Virus record (IMG/VR): IMGVR_UViG_2199352030_000012
Coordinates: 89-64,088 of that record
Origin: a virus
Direction: 5' to 3' (one strand)
Length of the DNA stretch: 64,000 nt
Shown here: positions 1-10,894 of the stretch, piece after piece
How the letters are laid out: each line of letters starts with the position of its first letter
Numbering within the stretch: position 1 is the stretch's first letter
Position numbers and translations under genes: made by a program
Notes under the pieces: generated by a model
The model's database searches: none
Told to the model about the DNA's origin: nothing
What the model saw: only the letters and a program-made list of their open reading frames with translations

Positions 1-122
1 GGTGTTAACATGCAATCTTCAATATATTGCCAACATGCTTCTTCATTCGTAAATACTCCGTCAATATCATAGCCATCCATTGGATTAAAAATAGCACAAT
101 ATACTGTTTTACCTAATTTCAT
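1..122 (-). CDS. hypothetical protein, 5' part only (runs off window)
   Basis: ATG at 122 preceded by GGGTGA; open frame MKLGKTVYCAIFNPMDGYDIDGVF... to the window edge. Confidence 0.6.
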   Translation of the reverse strand, partial: MKLGKTVYCAIFNPMDGYDIDGVFTNEEACWQYIEDCMLT

Positions 123-196
123 AATATTCACCCCTTATAAACCTTGATATAATAGGCTTTTGAAAGCCAAAAATATTAGTAAAATTTAACTTTTAC

Positions 197-703
197 TTAT
201 CCGAAGTTCTTAGCTTCTTGTTCTTGTAACCTGTATTTACCGATCTGTTCATCAATTTCATTTAATGCAAATACTAAATCAGAATAATGTTCTTCATTTG
301 GAGAACTCTTAAATGCTTTCATCGCACTACGTAATGCTTTATCTGGCTCCATCAAATTATCTTTTAATACCTTCAATTTATTGTGCAAATATTTATTCAG
401 ACTATCATTGATAAATGATTGCAGTTCAGGGTTAACCTTTACTCCGCTGTTCATATTTACATTCTCATGGTCTTCTGCCCAGCATGTAATGATTGTTTTA
501 TTCTTAGTATTAACGATCATAGTTACATCGTCTTTAGCAAGAACTTCTGTATTGTCTTCTTTACCCTTTTCCACATAATTACATGTGTTTAAAAACTGAA
601 TGATCCACGGTTGTAGAACGTTACCATAGATAGCAAAGCGTTCTTTTAATCTTTGTTGTGCGTGTTTTGTTACCTTATATTGTGTTGCGTTTTGTACTGC
701 CAT
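197..703 (-). CDS. hypothetical phage protein
   Basis: 168 aa ORF with AAGGAGGTG RBS; N-terminal 'VTKHAQQRLKER' motif of small phage proteins. Confidence 0.8.
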   Translation of the reverse strand: MAVQNATQYKVTKHAQQRLKERFAIYGNVLQPWIIQFLNTCNYVEKGKEDNTEVLAKDDVTMIVNTKNKTIITCWAEDHENVNMNSGVKVNPELQSFINDSLNKYLHNKLKVLKDNLMEPDKALRSAMKAFKSSPNEEHYSDLVFALNEIDEQIGKYRLQEQEAKNFG

Positions 704-743
704 TTTTATTTCACCTCCTTAATTATGTAGGTCAAAACGAGCA

Positions 744-1211
744 TTACTCGTAATGACTTTCGATCACCGCACGTAGGTCATATCCAAGATCATCTAATAT
801 AATTGGCTCAAATTTCTTTGTGGTACCGACTACCTTCATCCTAAAGTCATGTGTTCTAGGAACAATTACTTCAACTGGAATTTGATATTTTTTAGCGAAC
901 AACTTGAATCTATTACTTGCCGCTGTATCAATTCCATATGGTGCCTTGAATGAATTCTTAATGTCTAACACATGTTTTAGATTTTCTTGTTCGTCATAGA
1001 TAACGAAGTCTGGTGTATATTTCATTGATCTGATACTTAACAGTCCATCATATACTTCAAACTTTGGTATCAATTCAAAACTGGGATGAACTTTATACTT
1101 TAAACCAGTATCTTCGATGAAGTGTCTAAAGAAATCTGCTTCCTTGGTGCTATCAAATTTATAGCCTTTATATTCGACTTTCTTGCCAAAATAACCGCCT
1201 GCTTGGTTCAT
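744..1211 (-). CDS. DUF1064-like PD-(D/E)XK nuclease (possible resolvase)
   Basis: Motifs 'KKVEYKGYKFDSTKEA', 'KYTPDFVI' and 'DIK'. Confidence 0.7.
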   Translation of the reverse strand: MNQAGGYFGKKVEYKGYKFDSTKEADFFRHFIEDTGLKYKVHPSFELIPKFEVYDGLLSIRSMKYTPDFVIYDEQENLKHVLDIKNSFKAPYGIDTAASNRFKLFAKKYQIPVEVIVPRTHDFRMKVVGTTKKFEPIILDDLGYDLRAVIESHYE

Positions 1212-1285
1212 ATTTTCTTGTCCCCTATAAGTAAAATACCTCCTTATATAAAGAAAAGAGCAGTCAACCTAATGACCACTCTCTT

Positions 1286-1314
1286 AATATACACCATTTA
1301 TTATTTAACGTCAA
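1286..1314 (-). promoter_or_regulatory. sigma70-type promoter, TATTGACG family
   Basis: TTGACG-17 nt-TATATT on the minus strand. Confidence 0.7.
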
Positions 1315-1337
1315 TACTTTTCTACTAAATTTACCAA

Positions 1338-2744
1338 TTAAACTTCGTAGCTGATATCGTCAATGGTCTTATCTTCACGTAAAGCTTTGTACGTAGGGAA
1401 TCTGAGACTGATAACTGGTAGTCCCTTAGAATTTAAATCATTTTCAGTCCCTGTCGATTTAGATTCTTCAAAATACTGGCAGTCAATGATATGTCCTACA
1501 ATTTCATCTGGGTGCTCCCAGAAGTAATCTCGTTCTTCATCAGTAAAACCCGATCCTACTTTTACGTCATTACCTTTGTAATCAATGTGAATTCCACCAA
1601 GTGTTCCAGCATTCTTGCCAGTACCCTCAAATACATCTGTAACTAGAACATCGGCATTATAAAACTTCTTAATCTTTAACAAATCATTAGTACGCTTTGT
1701 TACATATTTACCATCTGATAAGTTAGCCATTAATCCTTCCCATCCGTTGGGTTTAACTAATTCATCTTGTAACTTAGTAATCATTGATTGGTCTCGTCCT
1801 TCGTATAAATTCTGAACCATGAATAACCTAGTTAATTCGTAATCTAATTGAGCTTGTACAAAAGCGTTAGCTAATAATTGCTTACGTTGTGTAAATGGCA
1901 TTTTAGATTCACCCTGTTCAAACTCAGATAAAGGCAATGCGTCAAACACATTATAGGTGATGTTTGATTTATCAGCGCTATCTGAACGTAAGATCTTACC
2001 AGTTTCTCTAAATAGGTCTTCTGTAGCTAAATCATAATCATTTGAAAGTAGCAACTCGCCATCTAACACCATACTTTGAGTAGGTGTCCCATAACACAAT
2101 GATAACTGTTTAGCCACGTCAATAGCTTCTTCCTCTTGACTACCAAGTCCATTAATTTCTAGACCTTTACGTGTAAAGAATTGTGCTGTACCAACACCAT
2201 CGGCAAATTTAACAATACATACTGAACGATGTCCATCTAGTTTCTGCGTCAATACAAACGACTTTCCATTAAGCTTTTTAGAGTATCTGCTTAAAGGGTG
2301 TGCTAATTGACATCCAAATTCACGAATGGTACCTTTGCCCAATGCTTTGTTAATTGATTTTGCTGTAATACCAACTTTAAGATTATTAGTGAAGACTTTC
2401 TTCAAAAATTCTTGTATATTTTCATCTTCAAATGCATTGATATAATCTTGTACAATTACCACATCTTCATAGCGCCCCGTGTTGTGTAATTTAAGATAAC
2501 GCATGATTTGTTCAAAGTTATATGTTCCATCATGGTATATGAAATCATCAAGTAAAGTAGTTTCTTGATTAATCTTCTTATCACTCAAACCTGTATGAAT
2601 GAACTCGTCATATACAAATTTAAGTGTTTTAACAAACAATTCATTGTCTGCATTCTCTTTAATAATGGCAATTTTGTCGTTCTTACCAGGGGTATTACTA
2701 ATCTTATCAAAAATATCTTTAATTTCAATTACTCGTTCGTCCAT
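1338..2744 (-). CDS. lig: ATP-dependent DNA ligase
   Basis: Motif I 'TQKLDGHR', motif III 'VLDGEL', 'EGLM', 'LLKIK', OB domain 'VGSGFTDEER' and 'LRFP'. Confidence 0.95.
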   Translation of the reverse strand: MDERVIEIKDIFDKISNTPGKNDKIAIIKENADNELFVKTLKFVYDEFIHTGLSDKKINQETTLLDDFIYHDGTYNFEQIMRYLKLHNTGRYEDVVIVQDYINAFEDENIQEFLKKVFTNNLKVGITAKSINKALGKGTIREFGCQLAHPLSRYSKKLNGKSFVLTQKLDGHRSVCIVKFADGVGTAQFFTRKGLEINGLGSQEEEAIDVAKQLSLCYGTPTQSMVLDGELLLSNDYDLATEDLFRETGKILRSDSADKSNITYNVFDALPLSEFEQGESKMPFTQRKQLLANAFVQAQLDYELTRLFMVQNLYEGRDQSMITKLQDELVKPNGWEGLMANLSDGKYVTKRTNDLLKIKKFYNADVLVTDVFEGTGKNAGTLGGIHIDYKGNDVKVGSGFTDEERDYFWEHPDEIVGHIIDCQYFEESKSTGTENDLNSKGLPVISLRFPTYKALREDKTIDDISYEV

Positions 2745-3178
2745 TACTTATCCTCCCAATTTTCCATTGTGCTAATTAAATAATCATCAGTGTACATAAC
2801 ATTTACATATGAATCTAGTAGATATTCTAAATCAAGACTACTTTCGTCTAAATCTATCATATAAGGTTCATTGTCCCAATATTCATCAGTAACAATGAAT
2901 TCAACACCTTTAACACCTTTAGTGCTTTGACACCACTGTAATAATACTAAATTGTCTGTGTGAAGCTCTTCTTGAATCATTCTTTGAACATTTATAAATG
3001 CATCTTTGTATTGACCATATGCAGCCTTAAATTGATCCATATTCTGATTTAATGTTATAGCAGCTGCATCCTCATAAAATAGTTCTACCATTTTTTGTTT
3101 ATCTGCTAAATCACTGTTTGGTATTGCCCCTAATGCCTCGATTCCAAAATCCATTGATCCATAACCTACATGATTCAT
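2744..3178 (-). CDS. hypothetical protein
   Basis: 144 aa ORF with GGAGG RBS, coupled to lig. Confidence 0.75.
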   Translation of the reverse strand: MNHVGYGSMDFGIEALGAIPNSDLADKQKMVELFYEDAAAITLNQNMDQFKAAYGQYKDAFINVQRMIQEELHTDNLVLLQWCQSTKGVKGVEFIVTDEYWDNEPYMIDLDESSLDLEYLLDSYVNVMYTDDYLISTMENWEDK

Positions 3179-3208
3179 AATATTGTCCTCCCTAAACTTC
3201 TATCTTAT

Positions 3209-6200
3209 TTAATTTGTTTGTAGCACTTTATATTGATCAACCCACATTTCCTTTTCTGTAGGCGACTTTCCCCATTTACCATCTTGAAGAACAATCTTGG
3301 GTTTTACCTTGCTGTTCTCAATGGTAATCAAACTACCTTCTTGAAATTTGGCGCTATTCCAGTTCCTCTTTCCAACGAAAGCATCTGTCATCTTTCCATA
3401 CTTGATTGAGTATAATGTTACACGTATCTTATTAGATAATACTTTTAAGCTAGTTACATAAGCATATTTAGCCGGCATACGTTCATCAGAAGTCCTACAT
3501 GTTCCTAAATATTTCATTTCATTATTAAGCATATCTAAAGTACCAAAGCTATTGTCTTCATGACTTTGTTCATACTCTAAACACTCATGATATTTCTTAA
3601 ACTTATTAGCCAATGTTTTATTACGTGGTTTGTAATTCTTGTCAAAATTGGCAAACACATCGTCTAATTTCTTAGACCCACCAAATTCATCGAAGAAACC
3701 TAGTTCAATCAAACTAACAATTTTTGACTTGTTAATACTGGTTAATTTACGTTCGAACGTATAGGACACGTCATCACTTTTCTTAATATTCTTGTCTAAT
3801 TGTTTAATATGATCTAAGTCAAATTGCTTAAACAAATTAACTACTGGAATATTTTGTGAATTATGTGTGATATAACTGTTGTCGTAAATCTCCATTAGCA
3901 AATCTGTAAATGAGCCAAATTCTTTATTACGTAATGTGTATAGATCATCACCTACTTGAGCATTGTTCCCTTTAATAGGAGCTGTTCCTTCATAAATCGC
4001 ATTGTGCTCTTTGTCCATATAATACAATCCACGAGATTTCCTAAACTTAGCTGGATTAATTGTAATTCCATGAGATGATGCAAAAGACTTAATCTTATTG
4101 ATTTTTTCTTGGTCATCTTTCCAAATCTCAAATGCAGCTGTACAGAATTCCAATGGATAATAATATCGTAACCATGTAGCAATATATCCAATATATGAAT
4201 AAGCCATCGAGTGGTTAATAGAGAAACCATAATTAACAGAATCCATGAACACTTGGATGAAGTCATCTGCAATCTGCTCAGTATGTTCTTTATCTTCACC
4301 ATACTTCTCGACCATAGTTCTAATAAACGCTGGTTTGATCTTAGGAACTTCTTCATCCATAATGCTTGGCATTTTTTTGGCCAAACCTTTTCTTATCACA
4401 TCCGCATGACTTTCTGACCATCCGCACATTTCATGAAGGAACCTGGTCTCGTCTTCTTGATATACCATATAACCAAGAGTCGGTGCTAAGAAATCATTTA
4501 ATACTTTTGAGCCATTATCTTTTGATATTCCTTCTGTAACAGCTTGAACATAACTTGCACCCGATGGTCTTTGAGCTGCATTAGCTAAAGATAATAAATC
4601 AATCAAACGCACGTTCGGAACATCTGTTCTTATTTTACTCAATGTTTCATCAGAAAACAAGTCTTTTAATATTTTCCCAGCACGATCACCTTCAAATTGG
4701 AAAATACCAATATTAGATTCTCGCATTGATTTCCATACTTTTTCATCTTCAAAATCAACAATATCAGTTGAATCTGGTGTTAAGAATGGTAGTTCAGCTA
4801 AATCACACGTCTTTGAAATTAGTCCAATATTATCTAGTCCCAAGACATCAAATTTAGTCCAATTACAATAATCAATTTCCTTCATTGCGACTTGACTCGT
4901 GGGATATGGCCACCCCTTAACTGTTTGTGTTCCCATTACATCATCAATTGGATCTGTGTTCAAAACAATACCAGCTGCATGTCTTCCAAATGAATCAATA
5001 GTACCAACTATTTCCTTTGCCATATCAAAGAGTTGTTTATGTTCTTGATATAGCTCATCTGGATAATTTCCATCGTCATCAATTTGATTGCGAATACTTT
5101 GAATATATGCTGGTTGTCCTTTGTATTTATCTAAACCATCCGCAATTGCTTTAATTGCACCTTTCAAGCCATATGTGTTAGCTGTCATAATAGAAGCTGC
5201 GTGTAATTGTGGATTGGTTAATAGCCATTTTTGCATTGTAAGTTTATCTTCACCGCTGAAATCGTGATCAATCCTCGATACCGTCTGTTACCAGATATTT
5301 TCAATAACACATAATGCGTGTTCGGAGTAGACTATCTTATCATCTCACTATGTGAGAGCCTCTCGCTTTGAGCAAATTGGTATTTCTGTTTGCTCTACTC
5401 TACTTGATTCAGCAATAATACTGTCTTTCGATAGTCGTTCGACCTTCCTATAAATAGGCTTGGCACAGATATTGTCCTTGTATAAGGATTTCTACTGTTA
5501 GCATAGAATTTAATCTACACACCCCGTTCCATTGGGTTCAAGAGGTTTTCGGGTAGGATCACTCCTACGAGGGACTGTTGAGTTAATCCGCTAGGTTAAC
5601 ACGTTCAGGGTTCATAAACCTTTCAAAATTTAAATGATATTTAATACTGTCCATTTCTGTACTACCAATTAAATATGCTATTAAAGACCCAGAAACCGAT
5701 CCACGGCCATAATTAATTGGTATGCTTTGACTTCTAGCCTCGTCACACATTGCTTTATCAGCTAACATATAGTTAATTGCACCATTATGCTTGTAGACTT
5801 TATACTCATGTTTTACTCTATCGAGATAAACTTTTTGCTCATCTTTGGGTTTATCTAATATTCCACGTTTCTTTAGCCCTTCTATAATATCTTTTTGAAA
5901 TTCTTTTTCTGGATTCTTGTGCAATTGAGGATATTTATGACTACGATCAAGACCAAACTCTTCAATTTGGTCTACAATTTCCATAGTTAAGTCCAAAGCA
6001 CTTTCGGCTTGTTCTCTAGTTAATACTCCTTGTTTCTTGAATGACTCCAACATTTCATCGTAATCTTTACACCACAATTCAAAACTATCGTCATTACTGT
6101 AATTATTAGCTTTACCCTTTTTAATAATTAATCGGATATCATTATGACGTTTATTCAATGCATGAATATCATTCGCAGCTATTAATCTTAGTCCATACTT

Positions 6201-6812
6201 TTCTGACAAGTTAATCAAAAACTGATTATATTCTGCTTGATCAAGTTCATTATGAGGTTGTACTTCTAGGAATACCCGACTCTTATTCTGAACAATGAAA
6301 TCAATCCACTTCTGGAGATCATTTTCGTCACCATCAATTTGCTTGTCAGATTGGTGATCATAATGTGGGCGTAATTGATTCAATGCACCAGCCAAACATG
6401 ATGTTGTAACAAAAATGTTATCGCTTGTATTTTCTAACTCACTAAATAGAATTCGTGGCTTGAAATAATAATGTCCATCATCACGATTGAATGATGCAGA
6501 TGATAGCTTATTTATTTCTTTAACGCCTTCCCAATTCTTAGCAATCAAAATTGTATGGAAGCCACGATTTTTATCTTCTAATCTCATAGTCACATATGCT
6601 TCAATGCCATGGATGTATTTCATTCCAGCTTCTTCAACACCAAGCTTATGTTTAATCCAACGTGCTACATTCCCATGATTGGTGAATGCTACTGCTGGTA
6701 GATCATGCTCTTTGGCATAATTGATATAATCGGTATACTGGGTAACAACTTCAAAATATCCACCAGCATTAGACTCGTCAGTATGTTGATGAAGACTGAC
6801 CCACTTTTTCAT
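3209..6812 (-). CDS. dnaE: DNA polymerase III alpha subunit, spliced: exon 1 5586..6812, exon 2 3209..5272 (about 1096 aa)
   Basis: PHP motifs 'LHQHT' and 'AFTNHG', 'GRGSVSGSLIAY', 'FERFMNPERVNLAD'. Exon 2 resumes 'IDHDFSGED' and contains 'GRHAAGIV', 'KFDVLGL' and 'YGFSINHSMAY'. Confidence 0.95.
5273..5585 (-). ncRNA. group I intron (313 nt, no homing endonuclease) in dnaE
   Basis: 5' exon ends in U (GGAU) pairing with the IGS GUCC; terminal omega-G before ATT; P7 elements 'GAACGACUAU' and 'AAGAUAGUC'; removal restores the frame and the D-I-D-H-D motif. Confidence 0.93.
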
Positions 6813-6867
6813 ACTCGTATAACCTCCTACTTATAATTAACTTTAATAATTCAACTTGATTACTATA

Positions 6868-7013
6868 TTGCTATAAGAAATATAAATTTATTTCTTTTCT
6901 TGCTTCTTCCTGTCCCCGTTCTACTATTAAATTATTAACAGCTACTTGAGTTTATATAACAATCCACAAGCGTAAATTTCCGACTAGCCATCGGTACATA
7001 TTCAAATAGTATT
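6868..7013 (-). ncRNA. putative TnpB omega-RNA scaffold / element right end
   Basis: Segment just 3' of the tnpB stop: 'GTACCGATGGCTAGTCGGAAATTTACGCTTGTGGA...GAAGAAGCAAG', resembling IS605/IS607-family right ends; boundaries approximate. Confidence 0.65.
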
Positions 7014-8222
7014 TTAATAAGCTAATTTGAATTTAGAAGTAATACAGATGTTTTCACTAGCGTTAATATCTCTATCTAGGTGAGATCCACAATTTGGACA
7101 ATCCCATGCTCTAATATTCAAGAACTTTTGATTCATCTTTCTAAACTTTTCATTATAAAAACCACACTGAGAACACGTTTTAGAACTGGGATAGAATCTG
7201 TCTACTAGATGTACTGGTATTCCTAACCATTGACATTTGTATACTAATCTGGTTCTAAATCTGTAAAACTTTTGTTGTTGTACTTGTCTAGCCAAATGAT
7301 GATTTTTAACCATTCCACTAATGTCTAAATCTTCAATTGCAACAAATTGTGGCTTGGTTCTCACCACATCGGCAATAATTTTATTCTGGTAATCATTTAG
7401 GATATTGGTGATTCTACTATTGAGTCTAAGAATCTTATTTTGTGTTTTCGCTAGATTAAAGTCAGTAGTAGCTCTTTTCTCGTAATTATTCGCCCTAAGT
7501 CGTCGTTTATAATCTTGATATTGACGAGACTGTTTCCTTTGTAACCTTCTTAATTGTTTTCTGAACTTTCTAATTCTAATTGACTTATTAAGATTCTTGT
7601 AAACTACGCCATTATTTAAAATAGCAAAGTCTTTAATACCTAAATCTATTCCAATGGACTCACCAATAAGCTCTATTTTTTTAAAATCTGGTTGTTCAAC
7701 CAAAGCGGTTAAATAATACCTCCCTGCACGTTCTTTGATTCTACCAGAAACAATTCTGAATTCATCACCTATTGGAATATATCCTCTTTCTTTATATTTG
7801 ACAAAACCAATTTTAGGTAACTTTATCTTATAATCATCACGTTTGATGTTATGTTGTCTATTATCTGAGCAAAAATAATAAGACCCCTGATGCTTTTTAA
7901 AACTTCTAAATTTAGGTCTTCCTCTTTCATGCCTGAAAAAAGCTTTCATATTAATGTCAGCATCAATCATAGCTTGTTTTACATGTTTGGCGTAATATTC
8001 TTTTATCCATAGATCTTTCGGATGTTGTTTAAGGTATTCGTTATTGAACCATTTAGAAAAAGCATATGCATCCATATATTTAATATCAGCATTTTTATCA
8101 TAATTATTATTATTAATTTCAAGGAATTTATTGTACACCCAACGACTGACACCAATGTAGGAATTTATAAGTTTTTGCTGTTCCTTATTGAGCTTTAATT
8201 CTAATTTATAAGTCATTCTCAT
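7014..8222 (-). CDS. tnpB: TnpB RNA-guided endonuclease (IS200/IS605/IS607 superfamily)
   Basis: N-terminal HTH 'YKLELKLNKEQ', RuvC-I 'GIDLGIKDFA', RuvC-II 'AIEDL', Zn ribbon 'CSQC...CPNC', RuvC-III 'DRDINASENI'; all three acidic residues present. Confidence 0.95.
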   Translation of the reverse strand: MRMTYKLELKLNKEQQKLINSYIGVSRWVYNKFLEINNNNYDKNADIKYMDAYAFSKWFNNEYLKQHPKDLWIKEYYAKHVKQAMIDADINMKAFFRHERGRPKFRSFKKHQGSYYFCSDNRQHNIKRDDYKIKLPKIGFVKYKERGYIPIGDEFRIVSGRIKERAGRYYLTALVEQPDFKKIELIGESIGIDLGIKDFAILNNGVVYKNLNKSIRIRKFRKQLRRLQRKQSRQYQDYKRRLRANNYEKRATTDFNLAKTQNKILRLNSRITNILNDYQNKIIADVVRTKPQFVAIEDLDISGMVKNHHLARQVQQQKFYRFRTRLVYKCQWLGIPVHLVDRFYPSSKTCSQCGFYNEKFRKMNQKFLNIRAWDCPNCGSHLDRDINASENICITSKFKLAY

Positions 8223-9393
8223 CTAACCACCTCTTTTTTTCTGCGTCAATACTATTTTTACTTTCATTGTCTACAGAGAGATTATTATCTCCCAATAATG
8301 CATCTAAATCTTGTTCTGGTTCTAATTCACCCAAAATAGCATTTTCTTCTTTAAACTTGTTCGTAGAGTGATAAGCACAGAGTTTGTTGCAGTAATAATT
8401 ATCTGGATCATATGGATAATGTATCTCCAAATAGCTTTCTAGGTCTTCAATATTCTCAAAATCCAGAATCTCATGACACCTGTCAATCACTTGCGATGCT
8501 ACTTCATTTACACTATTAGTATTTACATTAATATTAATGAAATAATTAGTAATATAGAATTCTTCCTTAATTTTTTGAGGCATATTTTCTAGGTTATTTT
8601 GTACTATTGCTTCTTGAATCATAAGAGTAGAATCTACTGTGTCATACCCAAGCTTTTTCAATTTGGTCTGTAATTTTTTCTCCATCTTTTCCACCCATTT
8701 AGAACGCTCTTGGATAGATGTTTTCCATTTACCGTTTTCTTGTAGGAAATGTACTGTACAATATTTCATCATATCGAATTTGCATTCGATGTCATCATAA
8801 TCTAAATTATTTTGTTGATGAAATCCCATAGCATATAACATCAATTGCATTGATTTCTCTGGTAATTTTGATTTACTGAAGCCAGACTTACTCGATGATT
8901 TATAATCAACTAAGATGCGTTTACCATCTTTTGTTTTGAATCGTGAATCGACATATCCAATAAACACAAATTTCTTACCATTATCATCTGTTAAAACAAT
9001 CAAAACAGGTAATTCATTTTTCACATCTGCGTCTTTAATGACATCAGTATGTTCAAAATAATGCGAAATGTTATTCAAATAACCTGCTTTGATTTTGTCA
9101 TTATCAAAATGATATGATGCTGGATCTGCTGCCCATTTATCAACAAACGATTCCCATTCTTTCTTCATATCATCGTATGTTAATTTGCCCTCATAATAAC
9201 CCTGAATAGTATCATGACATTCTGTACCAAAGATTGTATAAACATTATCTGTATTCACCTTTTCATGATCGATATATTTCATCTTATATTCCCACGGACA
9301 GTTATGAAAACTGTTGATCATAGAAAAAGACCAAATACGGTCTACATCATATTTCTTTTTTAATGCTTCTTTTTGTTTCCAATTTAAACGCAC
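8206..9393 (-). CDS. PD-(D/E)XK RecB/Cas4-like exonuclease
   Basis: 'WSFSMINSFHNCPWEY', 'GYVD', 'VDYKSS', 'QLMLYAMG' and C-terminal 'CNKLC'. Confidence 0.85.
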   Translation of the reverse strand: MRLNWKQKEALKKKYDVDRIWSFSMINSFHNCPWEYKMKYIDHEKVNTDNVYTIFGTECHDTIQGYYEGKLTYDDMKKEWESFVDKWAADPASYHFDNDKIKAGYLNNISHYFEHTDVIKDADVKNELPVLIVLTDDNGKKFVFIGYVDSRFKTKDGKRILVDYKSSSKSGFSKSKLPEKSMQLMLYAMGFHQQNNLDYDDIECKFDMMKYCTVHFLQENGKWKTSIQERSKWVEKMEKKLQTKLKKLGYDTVDSTLMIQEAIVQNNLENMPQKIKEEFYITNYFININVNTNSVNEVASQVIDRCHEILDFENIEDLESYLEIHYPYDPDNYYCNKLCAYHSTNKFKEENAILGELEPEQDLDALLGDNNLSVDNESKNSIDAEKKRWLDENDL

Positions 9394-9412
9394 GTCGTTA
9401 CTTTCCTTCTTT

Positions 9413-10453
9413 CTATTTGTTTGTAACTGGAATGCGATATTTTAATAGGTAATTCCAGATTTTGTACCCTTTATCAATTGGCGAATCTTTTTCTCCAAGA
9501 ATCCCAAATTTATCATAAATATAACTAGCTTTTCTATATGGTAGGAATCTCTCCGCTTGTTCTTTCAAATAATCTTTTTGTTCCATAACATCTTTATCAA
9601 ATGCTATGACTATTTCACAGTCAATAGGTGTATTTTTCAGTATAAAGGAGACTTGATCCTCTGACAACGTATGCCCACCCAAAGCCACAGAATTGCTCTT
9701 ATCGCCATTCATAGTGGACTGTTTGAGCACTGACTTCTCACCTTCAAATAATATTAAAACTCTGGTTTTATCCACATTTTCTTTTGCTAAATTCCAGCCA
9801 TATAGATTTTCTGTCTTCTGATATCCATTAATATAATTCCAATACTTAGGAACACCAATCAGCTCTATTTCTTCATCAGATAATGTCGTTCTTCCTTTAA
9901 TTCCCACAACTTTGTCTGACTTTTCCCAATCAAAATGTGGGAAGATAATTCTACTTTGTTCTGGATCATAGCATATCTTAAATTGTTCTGTTACTTCGGG
10001 AGATATTCCCTCTTCAAGAATATTCTTGTGCGGTAACATGATAAATTTATTTAAGACACTTTCATCATATAATCTATTTGGACTTGGATCATGTAATGAT
10101 TTACCAGTAACAAACCGCCTTAGTAGTTTTAGGGGATCAAGCTTCTTTTCACCACGTTTATTAGATAGTCCTAGAACAGAGTGAATAAAATTTACGGTTG
10201 TCTTAAAATCTGTACCCTTAACTTCTTCTAATAATCCAATTAAATCTCCACCATATCCGATTTCATAAGCAGCTGAATACAAATTTTGATCAATCTTAAT
10301 AAGGACAGCAGTTTTGTTTATCATATCTGGCAAAGCACAACGAATCTCGTCTTGCTTAGAAAACCAAATATCATGCATTCCCACAGCTTCTAAAATATTA
10401 ACAATTCTAGAACTATCTTCTGCGATATATTCTTTTAACTCTTTGGCTTCCAA
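9413..10453 (-). CDS. DNA primase (TOPRIM)
   Basis: 'RIIFPH', 'GIKGR', TOPRIM motifs 'FEGEKS' and 'IAFDKD'. Confidence 0.88.
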   Translation of the reverse strand: MEAKELKEYIAEDSSRIVNILEAVGMHDIWFSKQDEIRCALPDMINKTAVLIKIDQNLYSAAYEIGYGGDLIGLLEEVKGTDFKTTVNFIHSVLGLSNKRGEKKLDPLKLLRRFVTGKSLHDPSPNRLYDESVLNKFIMLPHKNILEEGISPEVTEQFKICYDPEQSRIIFPHFDWEKSDKVVGIKGRTTLSDEEIELIGVPKYWNYINGYQKTENLYGWNLAKENVDKTRVLILFEGEKSVLKQSTMNGDKSNSVALGGHTLSEDQVSFILKNTPIDCEIVIAFDKDVMEQKDYLKEQAERFLPYRKASYIYDKFGILGEKDSPIDKGYKIWNYLLKYRIPVTNK

Positions 10454-10484
10454 TTTTTCGCCTCCTCATTTATCGCATATATCT

Positions 10485-10513
10485 ATACTACAACAATTAT
10501 TAACTAGCGTCAA
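10485..10513 (-). promoter_or_regulatory. primase operon promoter, TATTGACG family
   Basis: TTGACG-17-TAGTAT upstream of a GAGGAGG RBS. Confidence 0.75.
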
Positions 10514-10766
10514 TACTTTTCTTTTGAAGATGCAAAGATACTTTTGTAAAAAATCAATTTACAATTTAATTTGTGCTATAATGATTATAGTTGATGTGAA
10601 GGGTGCTGTCTCTCTATTTCACTGTTCAATTAAAGGAACGAGGGATTCTATGGATAACTATAGCAGCGCCTCTATGCAAGGTTTATATAACTGTGATGTT
10701 CTGCTTAATCCATCGCAAGGTGTGTTGGGTAGGATGTGAATATAACTGGAACCTAAAAACAGAAAT

Positions 10767-10886
10767 GTGTTTGATGGAATCGCACATTGTATAGAAGCTC
10801 TGCATGGATTACCAACAGGACTACAATATGCAATCGTGGCTTCATTACTCATAGGAACTGTTATATGTTTTAGTATAATATTCTAG
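10767..10886 (+). CDS. small hydrophobic peptide, candidate type I toxin
   Basis: GTG-start 39 aa MFDGIAHCIEALHGLPTGLQYAIVASLLIGTVICFSIIF with one TM helix; weak RBS; upstream TG-C-TATAAT at about 10574-10582. Confidence 0.4.
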   Translation: MFDGIAHCIEALHGLPTGLQYAIVASLLIGTVICFSIIF

Positions 10887-10894
10887 TCGGTCAC

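Larger units (their letters stand above)
6868..8226 (-). mobile_element. non-autonomous TnpB-only element
   Basis: tnpB plus omega-RNA with no Y1 or serine transposase adjacent; ends inferred from a reconstructed empty-site promoter. Confidence 0.55.

Noticed and set aside
3209..6812. dnaE pseudogene or split intein
   Set aside because: No intein C/HN motifs; precise group I splice sites restore the frame
6868..8226. IStron (group I intron fused to IS)
   Set aside because: No intron core upstream of tnpB; the dnaE intron is a separate element about 1.3 kb downstream
8206..9393. CRISPR adaptation Cas4 paired with a Cas12-like effector
   Set aside because: No array and no cas1/cas2; solo RecB/Cas4-like nucleases are normal next to primase in such phages
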